Below the pieces are notes generated by a model, which searched no databases, was not told where the DNA came from, and saw nothing but the letters and a program-made list of their open reading frames with translations. Positions 12,327 to 23,800 of a stretch of 64,000 bases of DNA are shown here, one piece after another. How positions within the stretch are numbered: position 1 is the stretch's first letter; every line of letters begins with the position of its first letter. This stretch comes from Trichosphaerium sp. ATCC 40318 (taxonomy: Eukaryota; Protista; Tubulinea). The position numbers were made by a program, and so were the translations under genes. The stretch is from the NCBI GenBank assembly GCA_038496445.1, contig JALMLS010000385.1, forward strand, positions 186,001-250,000, given 5' to 3'.

Positions 12327-13682
12327 ATGAAGGTACGTCCACGTGTATACTACTCAAAGCGACTAACTATCCCTAGAAATCAGTAACGTTGGCTTTAATT
12401 GGTATACTGGCAACGTGTTTTGTAATACGTGCAAGGTACGAACAGTTGAGCGAAAAGAACAACGAAAAAGAGTTAAAAAACAAAATTAAAGTTCACCTAC
12501 ATTTTCCTTGTGATCCAAAAACTTGAGTACAAAACCAAGTCTCACCCATTGTATCTAGTTCAGCATGTTTGAATCTTGTAACTGATTGTGGAGCGAAAGC
12601 CGATGGCCGTACAGATAGCTCAAATGCATTCGCCGTATGTCAAGAAAAGCTTAGAACGAGTGGTGGTTGTGTTGACATTCCTCCTGGAAGAATTCTGTGT
12701 ACAAACGTTCCTTTGGATGTTTCGCATATTGAATGGATACCAGACGCTGATACGGTATTTGCACCACCTTTGGATATCTCTGTGGCGAAAGCCACATTTG
12801 TTTTGGGGTCAATGACTTCTTTTGTTAAAAACGTGACTTTTAGTGCGAAGTTTCCTGGAAGATTCAGTTTTGACCTTTCCAACAACGTGATCGCTCCTTG
12901 GAATGTTGAAGCGTTTGCATTGTACGGTATTGATGGGTTTTTATTGGCGAATATGCACATTGCAATGGCACCAAATGCGACTGTTCAAAAGAATGGCCTT
13001 GGTTTTGCTCATAAAAATGTTGGTGGTGTAATTTATGACGCACGAAACGGTCACGTGGCAAATATCACATCCGAAGGTCACATATTCGGATACGGAACTG
13101 TTCAAATACAATCAGGGCAGAATATCTTGTTCGAGAATATTGACGGTGAAGGTGAGTTTAGGAGAAAGTTGCTTTTAGATATCAAGCATTTTCTATTCGG
13201 ATTTATGGCTAACTTATTGGTTAGGCGGTGTACCACTTAGACTTGAAACTGGAGCTGGAAACCAAGACGGATATGTTGACGGCATTGTAGGTAATAATAT
13301 TATTGGAAGGAACTGTCATGCAGGTATAATGACAGAGCCTCACACTCAAAAGAATGGAAAGTTTACAGTTACAAATGTAAAGACTTTTGGATGTTGGATT
13401 GGAGCTCAACTCAATGGTGGCTACTCTCAACATGGCAAAACACCAGGACACTTCAGCAACGACTCATCAGTGTATGGAGTGATATCTACATACGGATTAC
13501 AGGGACAAGCGGACCCTTTACACGAAGAACCATCTTGTTGTCCGTGTGGTACTGAAAACTCAAAGTTGAATTACCTTGTCGATATCAAAGGTATTCAGAG
13601 TTTAGGATTTCCTCCTCCATCAGACAGAGCCAAATGCGCTTATTGGACGAAACTACCAGCACCACCAAAGTGCCCGTACTAG
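12327..13682 (+). CDS. Secreted beta-helix glycoside hydrolase, GH82 iota-carrageenase-like (copy A)
   Basis: Spliced MK|KSVTLALIGILATCFVIRA signal; Pectate_lyase_3-like start NLVTDCGAKADGRTDSS; core GYGTVQIQSGQNILFENIDGEGGVPLRLETG...EPHTQKNGKFTVTNV matches the recalled GH82 pattern GYGxIQ..NILF.N..EGG..LRxETx..PH..KNG. Confidence 0.8.
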
Positions 13683-13912
13683 ACGCTTCAATGAGATGTT
13701 TAAATCCCACAATAAAGAATATTGTGCTCTTCTTCTTGTTCTCCTAGGTTCGTGCAAGTAAGCGTATAACCTTCAGAGCACAAAACTTAAACTGCAACAT
13801 GTTGATTGAAATCTGATTGAAATACTCAGTTAAGTTGGTTAGTTAAGTTAACTTGATAATCATTTCTTAAAACCTCAACAGCATCAACCACAGCTCTCAA
13901 ATAACATTTATC

Positions 13913-15984
13913 ATGTCTAGACAAAGACGTAGACGTAATAAAAGACAGGGTACAACAGCTAATAGAGAACAATCTATCTTGAGCGAAACTAACGTTGATT
14001 ATAGGAAGAGATAGTGATAGAAACTACAAGAACTTGATCGCATACATGACCAATATTGCCAACACTGAATATGTAGTAAGTGTTGCTACGGCTATGAGAC
14101 TCCCGAAGAAAGATTTGGTGATGGGTATAGCGAACCACGAATCAGCGAGTACGTCTTTCTTTGCAAAACACGTTTCGCCATAAAATCAATCTTCTGCAAA
14201 ATCAAAATCAATCAATTCTCCTGCTGACTTTTTTATTCTTAGAGCATATTTTAAAGATGACATTGCCGGAGATAAAAAGGGAAATTATTAAACTGGGATA
14301 CACTCCTCAGCAATCTATGAAACCAGGGCTTACTCTGGAGTTATTGATATGTATTCAAACTAAATCTCTAGGTACGTATCACAATTGCAACATATAATAC
14401 TTTCCTTTGATTCTTCAGTCGACTCACAACTTGCTATAGCTACCCCGATCATTAACACGGAGCGTATGGAGATGGGAAAGTTTTGGGAGCAATCAAAAGC
14501 TACAAGGAGACCCGGTAGACGGTCAAAATCAATGGCGCAAGATGATGAATTGTACAAACGGTTTTTCAAGTTTCTTGATACCATGCCAATGCCTTACATG
14601 AAGGCTTTTGATTTTCATAAAGAACCCATGAAGGAGGGCGTTCATGAGCCCGGTAAACACATACAGTGTTTGGCTCTTACACCTAAGCTTGATTGTATCA
14701 AGAACCCAACTTCGCTGCAAGTAGTAACAGTAGTGACTGCGTGTGCAAATGTAGTAGATAATGTCGCCAAAGGCAAACACGTGTGCGTACAATGTCAAGT
14801 TTTTTTTTTCAATCAACGACTTATATTCTATCAAGGAAAGCTCTTGTCACTTATATGCTTGCACAAAAAACAAGGAAGTTCATTACTGGCTGCATTGTAA
14901 CCAATAACAAGATAATGTTCTCCAAGTTTTTGTGGAACGGGCATGATAAGAAGGGCAAAGAACCTTATGAGGTTAGTATCTCGGAGAGCGTTCCTTTTAC
15001 CGGAACATCAGATGAGGGATCAAGACAATTAAGGAACTTTCTTTATTGTGATCCTGCAGCTCTTGGTTGGATTTATCCAACCTTTGATATTAATAACGAG
15101 ATTACAACACCAAAGGAGTTCCTCGAAAAGGGTAAACGCTCTGATGTTTACCTTCAAGTACTTCAAAAACCTGAAGAAATTGGTGTGTTGAAGGTATTCA
15201 AAGAGAAATTCAAGGACACTGCTGTTCTTGAGCATGAAGTTCTTGAAGCGATGGCAACAGCAGAGGTTAAAGGGGTGCCCAAGTTGGTATGTTAAGCAAA
15301 TATTCTTGTTTTATTTGTATTGCATCACGTGTTTAACTTTCTCTTAGATTCAAGCTGGTACAACTAAAGAGGATTTGCCTTACCAAATCACCTTGCCTGT
15401 ATGTAATAAGATAGAAACATCCAAGGAGTGCCCTTCTATGGTAGAGTTTATAAAACTATTGCAAAAAGTTCACGAATGTGGCTATATTCACAGGTACTTA
15501 CAACTATTTTTTCCCATTTCATGTTGTTCTGACACATGTCTTTAGAGATATAAGTACCGATAATATCATGACTCATCAAGGAGAAGCCCAGTTAATAGGC
15601 TTTGGATCAGCAATAAAATGCTCCCCTGAGGAACCAGTGAAGCAATCCGGAACACTTTTGTTTGCTTCAACTGATATCATCGAATCGTACATTAAAAAGA
15701 AAAAGATCGTGTACTCTTATGCACATGATTTGATATCTCTTGTTCGCGTTTGGATGTACCTAGACTGTGGTTCAATGGCAGATTTCATTTTCGTGTACCA
15801 CCATCAAACTGATTGGACAGCATCATCTATTTCTGAGCAAGCAACTTTTCAAGGCTTTATGGACTCGTGGTCTACTTTAAGCAAGCTACCTAAATACGCT
15901 AGAGCTTTGAAGTTGGCAGAAGCAACCGATTACGAAGGTTTAAAGGAGTACTTTGAAATCATGAACCCACGTATATGCTTATAA
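13913..15984 (+). CDS. Crinkler/CR-effector-like protein: SAP-like motif, degenerate REase-like domain, FunK1-like kinase domain
   Basis: Spliced model has LKMTLPEIKREIIKLGY (SAP-like), LAQKTRKFITGCIVTNNKIMF (CR-REase-like strand), then kinase motifs LEKGKRSDVY, VLKVF, EHEVLEAM, GVPKL, GYIHRDISTDNIM, LIGFGSA (DFG to GFG), SGTLLFAS and HDLISL. Confidence 0.72.
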
Positions 15985-16220
15985 CTGAGAAGTACTTGAA
16001 GAAGTAAACATGAAAAAGCTGTTAAGATTTACCAAATAAATTCCTTTTTTTTTAAAGTAGCTATTGTCCACTGGCATTAAAATACAAAAGGGGTAAAATA
16101 ATACTAAATAAGTTACATTATGATTAATGGCATGTGAAAGTGAATCGATGTGATCACATGATACGTTAATGACTACATTAAGTAATGATTTTATTTTTTG
16201 ATTGATGCTTTCACTCCACT

Positions 16221-17575
16221 CTAGTACGGGCACTTAGGCGGAGCTGGGTACCTTTTCCAATAAGCGCATTTGGTTCTATCTGATGGAGGAGGAAATCCTA
16301 AACTCTGAATACCTTTGATATCGACAAGGTAATTCAACTTTGAGTTTTCAGTACCACATGGACAACAAGATGGTTCTTCGTGTAAAGCATCCGCTTGTCC
16401 GTGAACTCCGTATGTTGATATCACTCCATACACCAACGAGTCATTGCTGAAATGTCCTGGTGTTTTGCCATGTTGAGAGTAGCCACCATTGAGTTGAGCT
16501 CCAATCCAACATCCAAAAGTCTTTACATTTGTAACTGTAAACTTTCCATTCTTTTGAGTGTGAGGCTCTGTCATTATACCTGCATGACAGTTCCTTCCAA
16601 TAATATTATTACCTATTATGCCGTCAACATATCCGTCTTGGTTTCCAGCTCCAGTTTCAAGTCTAAGTGGTACACCGCCTAACCAATAAGTTAGCGATAA
16701 ATTTAAAATAGAAAATGCTTGATTTCTAAAAGCAGCTCTTTCTACTGAACTCACCTTCGCCGTCTATATTCTCGAAAAAGATATTCTGGCCAGATTGTAT
16801 TTGAACAGTTCCGTATCCCCATATGTGACCTTCGGATGTGACATTCGCCACGTGACCGTTTCGCGCATCATAAATAACACCACCAACATTTTTATGAGCA
16901 AAACCAAGGCCATTCTTTTGAACAGTCGCATTTGGTGCCATTGCAATGTGCATATTCGCCAATAAAAACCCATCAATACCGTACAGGGCAAACGCTTCAA
17001 CATTCCAAGGAGCGATCATGTTGTGGGAAAGGTCAAAACTGAATCTTCCAGGAAACTTCGCACTAAAAGTCACGTTTTTAACAAAAGAAGTCATTGACCC
17101 CAAAACAAACGTGGCTTCCGCCACAGCAATATCCAAAGGTGGTGCAAATACCGTATCAGCGTCTGGTATCCATTCAATATGCGAAACATCCAAAGGAACG
17201 TTTGTACACAGAATTCTTCCAGGAGGAATGTCAACACAACCACCACTCGTTCTAAGCTTTTCTTGACATACGGCGAATGCATTCGAGCTATCAGTACGGC
17301 CATCGGCTTTCGCTCCACAATCAGTTACAAGGTTCAAACATGCTGAACTAGATACAATGGGTGAGACTTGGTTTTGTACTCAGTTTTTTGTATCACAAGG
17401 AAAATGTAGGTGAACTTTAATTTGTTTTTTAACTCTTTTTCGTTGTTCTTTTCGCTCAACTGTTCTTACCTTGCATTCATTACAAAACATACCACCAGCA
17501 CCAAAAATATAGCGACTTTGGTTGATTTCTAATGCCTGTATCAGTGCTTTTATTATGCACGTGACTTACCTTCAT
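16221..17575 (-). CDS. GH82 iota-carrageenase-like glycoside hydrolase (copy B)
   Basis: Reverse-complement paralog of 12327-13682. Mature domain nearly identical; signal peptide diverged (MKKSTKVAIFLVLVVCFVMNA). Confidence 0.8.
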
Positions 17576-17747
17576 CTGATGTTTAGCAGTCAACACGTGG
17601 AAAAGTCCTAAAGTGTCAAAAAAGGTCAACTTTTTGTACATTCGTTATTCACCAATGGTCTTTCACGTGTTTTTTTTGAAAATGAATTAGAACACTTTTT
17701 ATCAAGCTTCAGTATGATTTGATAACGCAAGAGTTCGATTTAGTTGT

Positions 17748-20086
17748 TTATTGTTCAGAGCGAGTGCGGTCAAACTGAGATTTTAGAACTTTTTTCAGTT
17801 GAGAAACAACATCTTGATACAAATCGACCTTTGCCACATTAACATTCTCCCACATGTCGTAGTTGTTTCCTGGATCTCCTACAGATATCACATGTGAGTA
17901 AAACCATAAACTCAAGGACATGGCAAGTACCTTTATGGTCGTACAGCTCCATACCAACAAGTCCAGATTCTATTAAAAAGAGAAAAGTTAATTCTTTGTT
18001 CGTGAATGAACTTGTACCTGTCCAATCAGCTTTGAGTGTATCACCAATCCATTTGCGCCACTCTGTGAATCTCCATCGATCACTACGAACAGTGTAACCC
18101 ATATAAGTGAAGTTTGATGCCTTTAATACTATGTAAGTGTATTCTACCTATTTTGCTTTCCGTACTTTATTCTCAGTACAAGGATTTGCCCATTGTGGTG
18201 TGTTATTATCGCAAATACCTTTGGGACAAGGGCATCGTGGATATTGAGAAAATGCGTAGTCTTTGATCTGCCAAAAGGTCAAAAAACAGGCAAAGATTGA
18301 AGTAAGGAAAACTGATAAAAAAGCAGTACCGAACTGGTGGGGTCTTTGAATAGAGGAGCCATACTTGTTCCTTCTAATCCTTGCGGTTCTGGAAGACCTG
18401 CAAGCTCGGCCACAGTCTGATATACATCTACAAGCTCTACAAGAGCTTGTGTTTTGACACCATGAGATTGTTGTATCCAAGGGACATGAATCATCAAAGG
18501 AACACGAACACCTGTTTCAAAGTTTGTTTGTTTTCCAAATATTCCACCATGTTCTCCTTCACATTAAAATTAATGAACACGTCCTACTGGAATACAAAAA
18601 AGATAGAACTTACCTAACTGCCATCCATGGTCGCCAAAGAATATCACAATTGTATTATTAGCTGCACTGTGTAAAAGTTAACAATGAAAGAAGATTGGTG
18701 CTATTCAATTTTACCTGCTGTCATTAAGCTTCTTTAGAACTTCACCAATGCGTTGGTCAACATAATGGACGCTAGCAAAATATCCTCGCCTTAGATTGCG
18801 TACCAAGTCATCAGGAAGTGGTTTGTCAGGAAGAATTTGAGGACTCCCTAAATCAGAAATTTGTGTATTATGTTCCTGATAAATAACTTACCAAAGTATG
18901 AAAACGTAGATCTAAGCTGTTTTGCTTGCATTCTCCAACTGTAGAATGCCATTGGAGGCATGTCTTTTGGAGCGATTTTATTCAAGGCTACAGGAATAGC
19001 AGATACGTTTGGGTACATGTCGTAAGATGACTAAAAATGGTAAGGGCACAGTACGATGATTTACAAAGAGTACTTTTGGAGCTTCCCAATCAATGTGAGG
19101 TCTATGGAAACCAACACCAACAAACCAAGGTTTTGGTTGTTCAACCATTTCACCTATTCGTTTTACAGCTAAATCCGCAAGTTGTTGATCAACACAGCTT
19201 ACACCTTCACAATAACAAGAAAAATTGTGGACACCTAAAAGAAACAAATCAAAACCAACTAAAACGATTTTGTTTTACCATGCTCTGGAACATTTGCGCA
19301 GCCTCCCACTTGACCGTTAGGATCGAAATATGCGTAATTTTGCGACCAGGAGTAAGGTTCGTCATCCTTTGGTGGATGACCTGTTTACAAGAGTGAATAT
19401 TAGACACAAAAGAACAACACTCCTCAGTTCTTAAAAACATACCTGGGTGATACAGCTTGCCCATACCGGTTGTTTCATATCCATGCTCTTTAAAATACTG
19501 AGGGAAAGCAACCCAGCTTTTATTCGCTTTCCGAAAATCAGTGAGAAAGTTCCACACTTTGGTTGTATCAGGACGCCGACCTTTTCACAAAAGTAAGCTC
19601 TTCAAGCACGTGGTATATGTCAAAAAGATTGTACCAGTCATAAACGAGTTTCTACTGGGCGAACATACAGCCTCAAGAAATACAATAAGTGAAATGACTA
19701 CTTTGAGTGATAAACTGGGTTGTTGTGGCGTACTTGTTGGCAGTAAGCGCGGTTGAACACCAAACTCTTCTTTGCGAACTAAAAACGGTTAAAGTCGCTC
19801 ATCCAAATCGAATTTGCTCGGTTTAATTGTTGAGCAGCTAGTAGCTCCACGCGCTATTAATCACGTGCGATAATTCAAAATATATTTCTACCTGGTCTAA
19901 ATTGGGTGTATACATTGGCGCATTGATGTCATACGCCGTTATTTGAGGTCTCAAGTCATCTACGACAATAAACAAGACCTAAAATTAAATAAACGCAAAG
20001 TTTTTTAGAACGTGTTGTTGTACGTTTGGTTTGCTTGCTGCTGCAGCCAAATACAGGATACAAAATCCTATAAAAGCGTACTTCAT
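17748..20086 (-). CDS. Secreted S1 sulfatase, iduronate-2-sulfatase-like (copy B)
   Basis: Reverse-complement paralog of 9884-12186; CSPSR, GKLYHPG, GFHRPH and GDHG motifs intact. Confidence 0.93.
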
Positions 20087-20868
20087 CGCTAGTACTACGT
20101 GCGTTGATGAATAAGACAGGTTTTTCTTTTCCACTTAACTGTTTCTTCTCGAACGTGTTATTGACAGAAAGAACTCTAGACAAGTTTTACTAACTCGCCA
20201 CAACAAGAGATTACCTCAACCTTGGTGCAAGGCACAGTACCAACACTTTTCGCTCTATATTACTTGTAGTTGTAATGAATGCAGTCTATAGGAGTACAAG
20301 AATGTTGCCTTGTATGGCATGTTACTAGGAACAAATACAATGTGAAAATTAACACTGACACATTGCGTGTCAAACAATCGCAATGTCTTCACTGAAAATC
20401 TCAAGCTCTGCTAAAAATTCTAGTCGAAAAACCATCTACTGTTTACACTGTTATACGCCTTTTCTCCTTCGGGCGCTAGACTGCGCGTTTGAGACCTGGT
20501 GATTGTATTTTGACCAATTGATGCTTTTCTACTCAAAGACGATTGTAATTATCACTATTCGTGCATAAACCTCGCGTTCTCTTCCTTTACCTTTCAAGTT
20601 TATTTGTCAGCGTTTAGTACTTAAGTGACTGCGCATAGCGCACAAGCAACTCATGCGCGTGCTGTCGCCCTTCGTTTGGCAGGTACAACTAAGTTAAGCC
20701 AAACTAAATCGCCTTAAATTCTTCCCGCCTAATTTTTGCCCATTGTACAATTGAAACATAGTACTGTGGATATAATTTGAATAAGTTCGAGGGATTTTAT
20801 ACGATTTCTACGAAGAGGTTTAAAAACATTTTTGTTTCAACAATTATTCTAATTGCGCGCAAGGTACA

Positions 20869-23800
20869 ATGGAGAAGAGCGACGACGAAGATTCTAGACA
20901 CCAACTTGATGGAAGTGAATCTGATAATGAACAACAAGAGGATGTAGAGATGCTAGACGGTATATTATCGTCTATACTACGTATAATTTAACTAAATCTA
21001 CGAAAGCTGAGGAGAGCAACGAAGAACAACCTGACAGTAACGAACAAGAGCAAAATGAGCCTGACTCATCTAAACCACGTCTAATGATTACAAAACTGGT
21101 CTTAGAAAACTTTAAATCATACGGTGGCGAAAAACAAGTGGGACCTTTCCATCATCAGTTCTCTGCTATAGTAGGTCCAAACGGTAGCGGAAAATCAAAT
21201 GTCATCGACGCTATTTTGTTTGTTTTTGGCAAAAGGTACAAAACCGTCTGTTGCAATCAAAAACAATTCTACGTGACTTTTAACCGCGTTTGTACGTACT
21301 TTAGATTGACATTTTCAATAGGGCAAAAAAATTGCGCCAACAGAGATTGGGCGAGCTCTTACATAACTCAGACAGCTATAAAGGTGTTAAAGAAGGCAAA
21401 GTAACCGTTCATTTCCAACAAATCATCGTCAGGGTAAAGTTTAATCATCTTTTGGAAAAAAATTTCAAAAAAAAAATAGTCTCCAAGACGGAAGCTTCTT
21501 AGGCGCCTTACTGACAGTTTTTCTTTTTTTAGGATGATCCTGAAAAGTATGAAGTTGTTCCAGATTCAGAGTTTTCTGTTACAAGAGTTGCTTTACGTAA
21601 TAATACGTCAAAGTACATGGTCAATAAAAAGTATGTGGAAGAAAGTTTTTTTTTTTGAATTATCAAAAGCACGTGTTTGGATTGTTGTACTTATGTATTT
21701 TTTTCGTAGGGTTGTTAAAGGGAAACAAGTCGTAGCACTTCTAAAGAGTCATGGCATTGATTTGGACCATAATAGATTTTTAATCCTTCAAGGCAAGAAA
21801 TTGATGAAAAACATTCTGGAGTTTGATAGATCACTGTGTTGATTGAAAGTTCCTTATATATGATTTGTAGGTGAAGTAGAGCAAATAGCAATGATGAAAC
21901 CAAAGGCTCAAGGATCCAATGATACAGGACTATTGGAGTACTTAGAGGTATATAATGCTGAGAATCTTGATTGATCGATTTGCGTTAAAAAATTTCTTTT
22001 TAAATCGCGTTTTTACTTTCGTCTTTGTTAAGTACATGCAAGCCCGTATAGCTCAATTGGCAGAGCAGTACCTTCCTAAGGTATTGGTTGCAGGTTCAAT
22101 CCCTGCTACGGGCTTCATATCTTCTTTTGCGCTATGCTGTAGAGTCGGTTCAACTCTACCTGATGGCGTGTTTTTTTTATTCAGTTTGCATACTTTTTTT
22201 GTTTCTTTGAACGTGACAGTTTTTTAACCTTTTACTATTAGGATATTATTGGTACCAACGTTTATGTTGAAGAGATTGAAACATTGGGTGATAAAGTAGA
22301 AAATCTTAATGAGAAGAGGCAAGAGCAGCTACAAAAAGTTCAAGCTGCAGAAAAGTCAAAAGGACAGTTAGAAGCTGCCAAAACCGAGGCTGAGGAATAT
22401 GTTAATATCGAGATTCAAGTTGTCGAAAAACGCGGGATTCTTACTCAAATGGCAAGGCAACGGTAAGTTTAAGAGTGTTAAACATAGTATAGCTTTCTTC
22501 TTCAGTGCTTTATGAGTACAGTCGCTGTTTTTTTTTTTTTTTGCATGTTTTTTGCTTATTATTTTGCTAGCGTTACTACTGCATCTACGAATATTCTAGA
22601 ACGTCAGCAAGAGTTAAAAAATCAACTCGCAGAAGCTGTAAAGGAATACGAGGAGGCAAGGGAAAAAACTGTTGACTTCGAGACTCAACACAAAGCAGAG
22701 AAGAAGTCTTTGGATGTGCGTTTTGTTGTTCCCGTGATATATTTTCTTGTGCAGCTTTGTTGCGTGTCACGTGACTCCACATGTTTTTGTTTGTGCAATA
22801 ATTGTTGCTCCTTTCTATTGCAACTATTTGTGGGTACTTTATGCTGATAAGTTGTTTTTTCCTTAGAAAATGAAACGTGCTTTGGAAAAAGTGAAAAAGG
22901 AGTATTCTTCTAAAGAAAATCTCGAAATTAAGCTCAACGAGGATATCAAAAACGCTAAGAATAAGCTCAAGAGATTGAGGAAGAACATCGAAAAGGTATG
23001 TACTGTTGACTAATAATGCACATGCTCAGTTTTAAAGCTCATAGTAAAACAAACCTTTTTTAATTTTTTTCACTTTATAGGAAGATAAAACTGCTAGAGA
23101 GAAAGCAGCTTCGCTTGTTCTATATAAAGATGAACTAACCAGGTTGAAACAAGAAGTAGTTGAATTGACTGATAAAGTAAAGAAGGAAGAGAAGAAATAC
23201 GAAGCAATTCGTGAGAAGATAAAAGGTAAGGAGAAACAAACTCACAAAAATATTTTGCTTTTGGTCTTCCTTGTCTCCCATACACGTCATGCTTTTGCGA
23301 TTATGTATGTTAAAATAATGACTTACACTATGTAGGCAAGACAGCACCATTACAAGAAGAACTTGAAGAGAAGCAAAAGGATTTGATGCCTTGGAATAAA
23401 AAAATTGATGAAGCTGTTGCCAAAAGAGATTTTGCTGATTCTCAGGTTAATCTTTTAAAAGAACAAACAGAAGAAGCTGAGAGAAAGTACCAAGAAGCTG
23501 TAAATGAGTTGTCAGAGATGGAGAATACCATCAAAGTCAAGGCACGTACCACAAAACACTCGGCGAGATTTTTTCTTTGCAGTTTTCGTTTGCTACTTTC
23601 AATGAACCTCTTGTTTGCTTGAATGATTAGTGACTTACAAAATCTCTAGACTCGAGAAGGAAAAGAGAGCAGTGAACACTTGGAGAGTCTTAATACTGAC
23701 TTGGCAAAGACCAAGAAAGAGTATAAAGCGAAAAAGCTTGAAGAAAGAGAAATAAGCCAAGTCATCAGGTAATGTTGACCTTTTTACATTTTCTTTACTC

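Larger units (their letters stand above)
9822..20152. repeat. Large inverted duplication: arms ~9822-13682 and ~16221-20152, unique spacer 13683-16220
   Basis: Right arm is the reverse complement of the left (same sulfatase and GH82-like genes, matching intron positions). Similarity ends right after the GH82 stop codons and about 60 nt upstream of the sulfatase ATGs. Confidence 0.95.
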
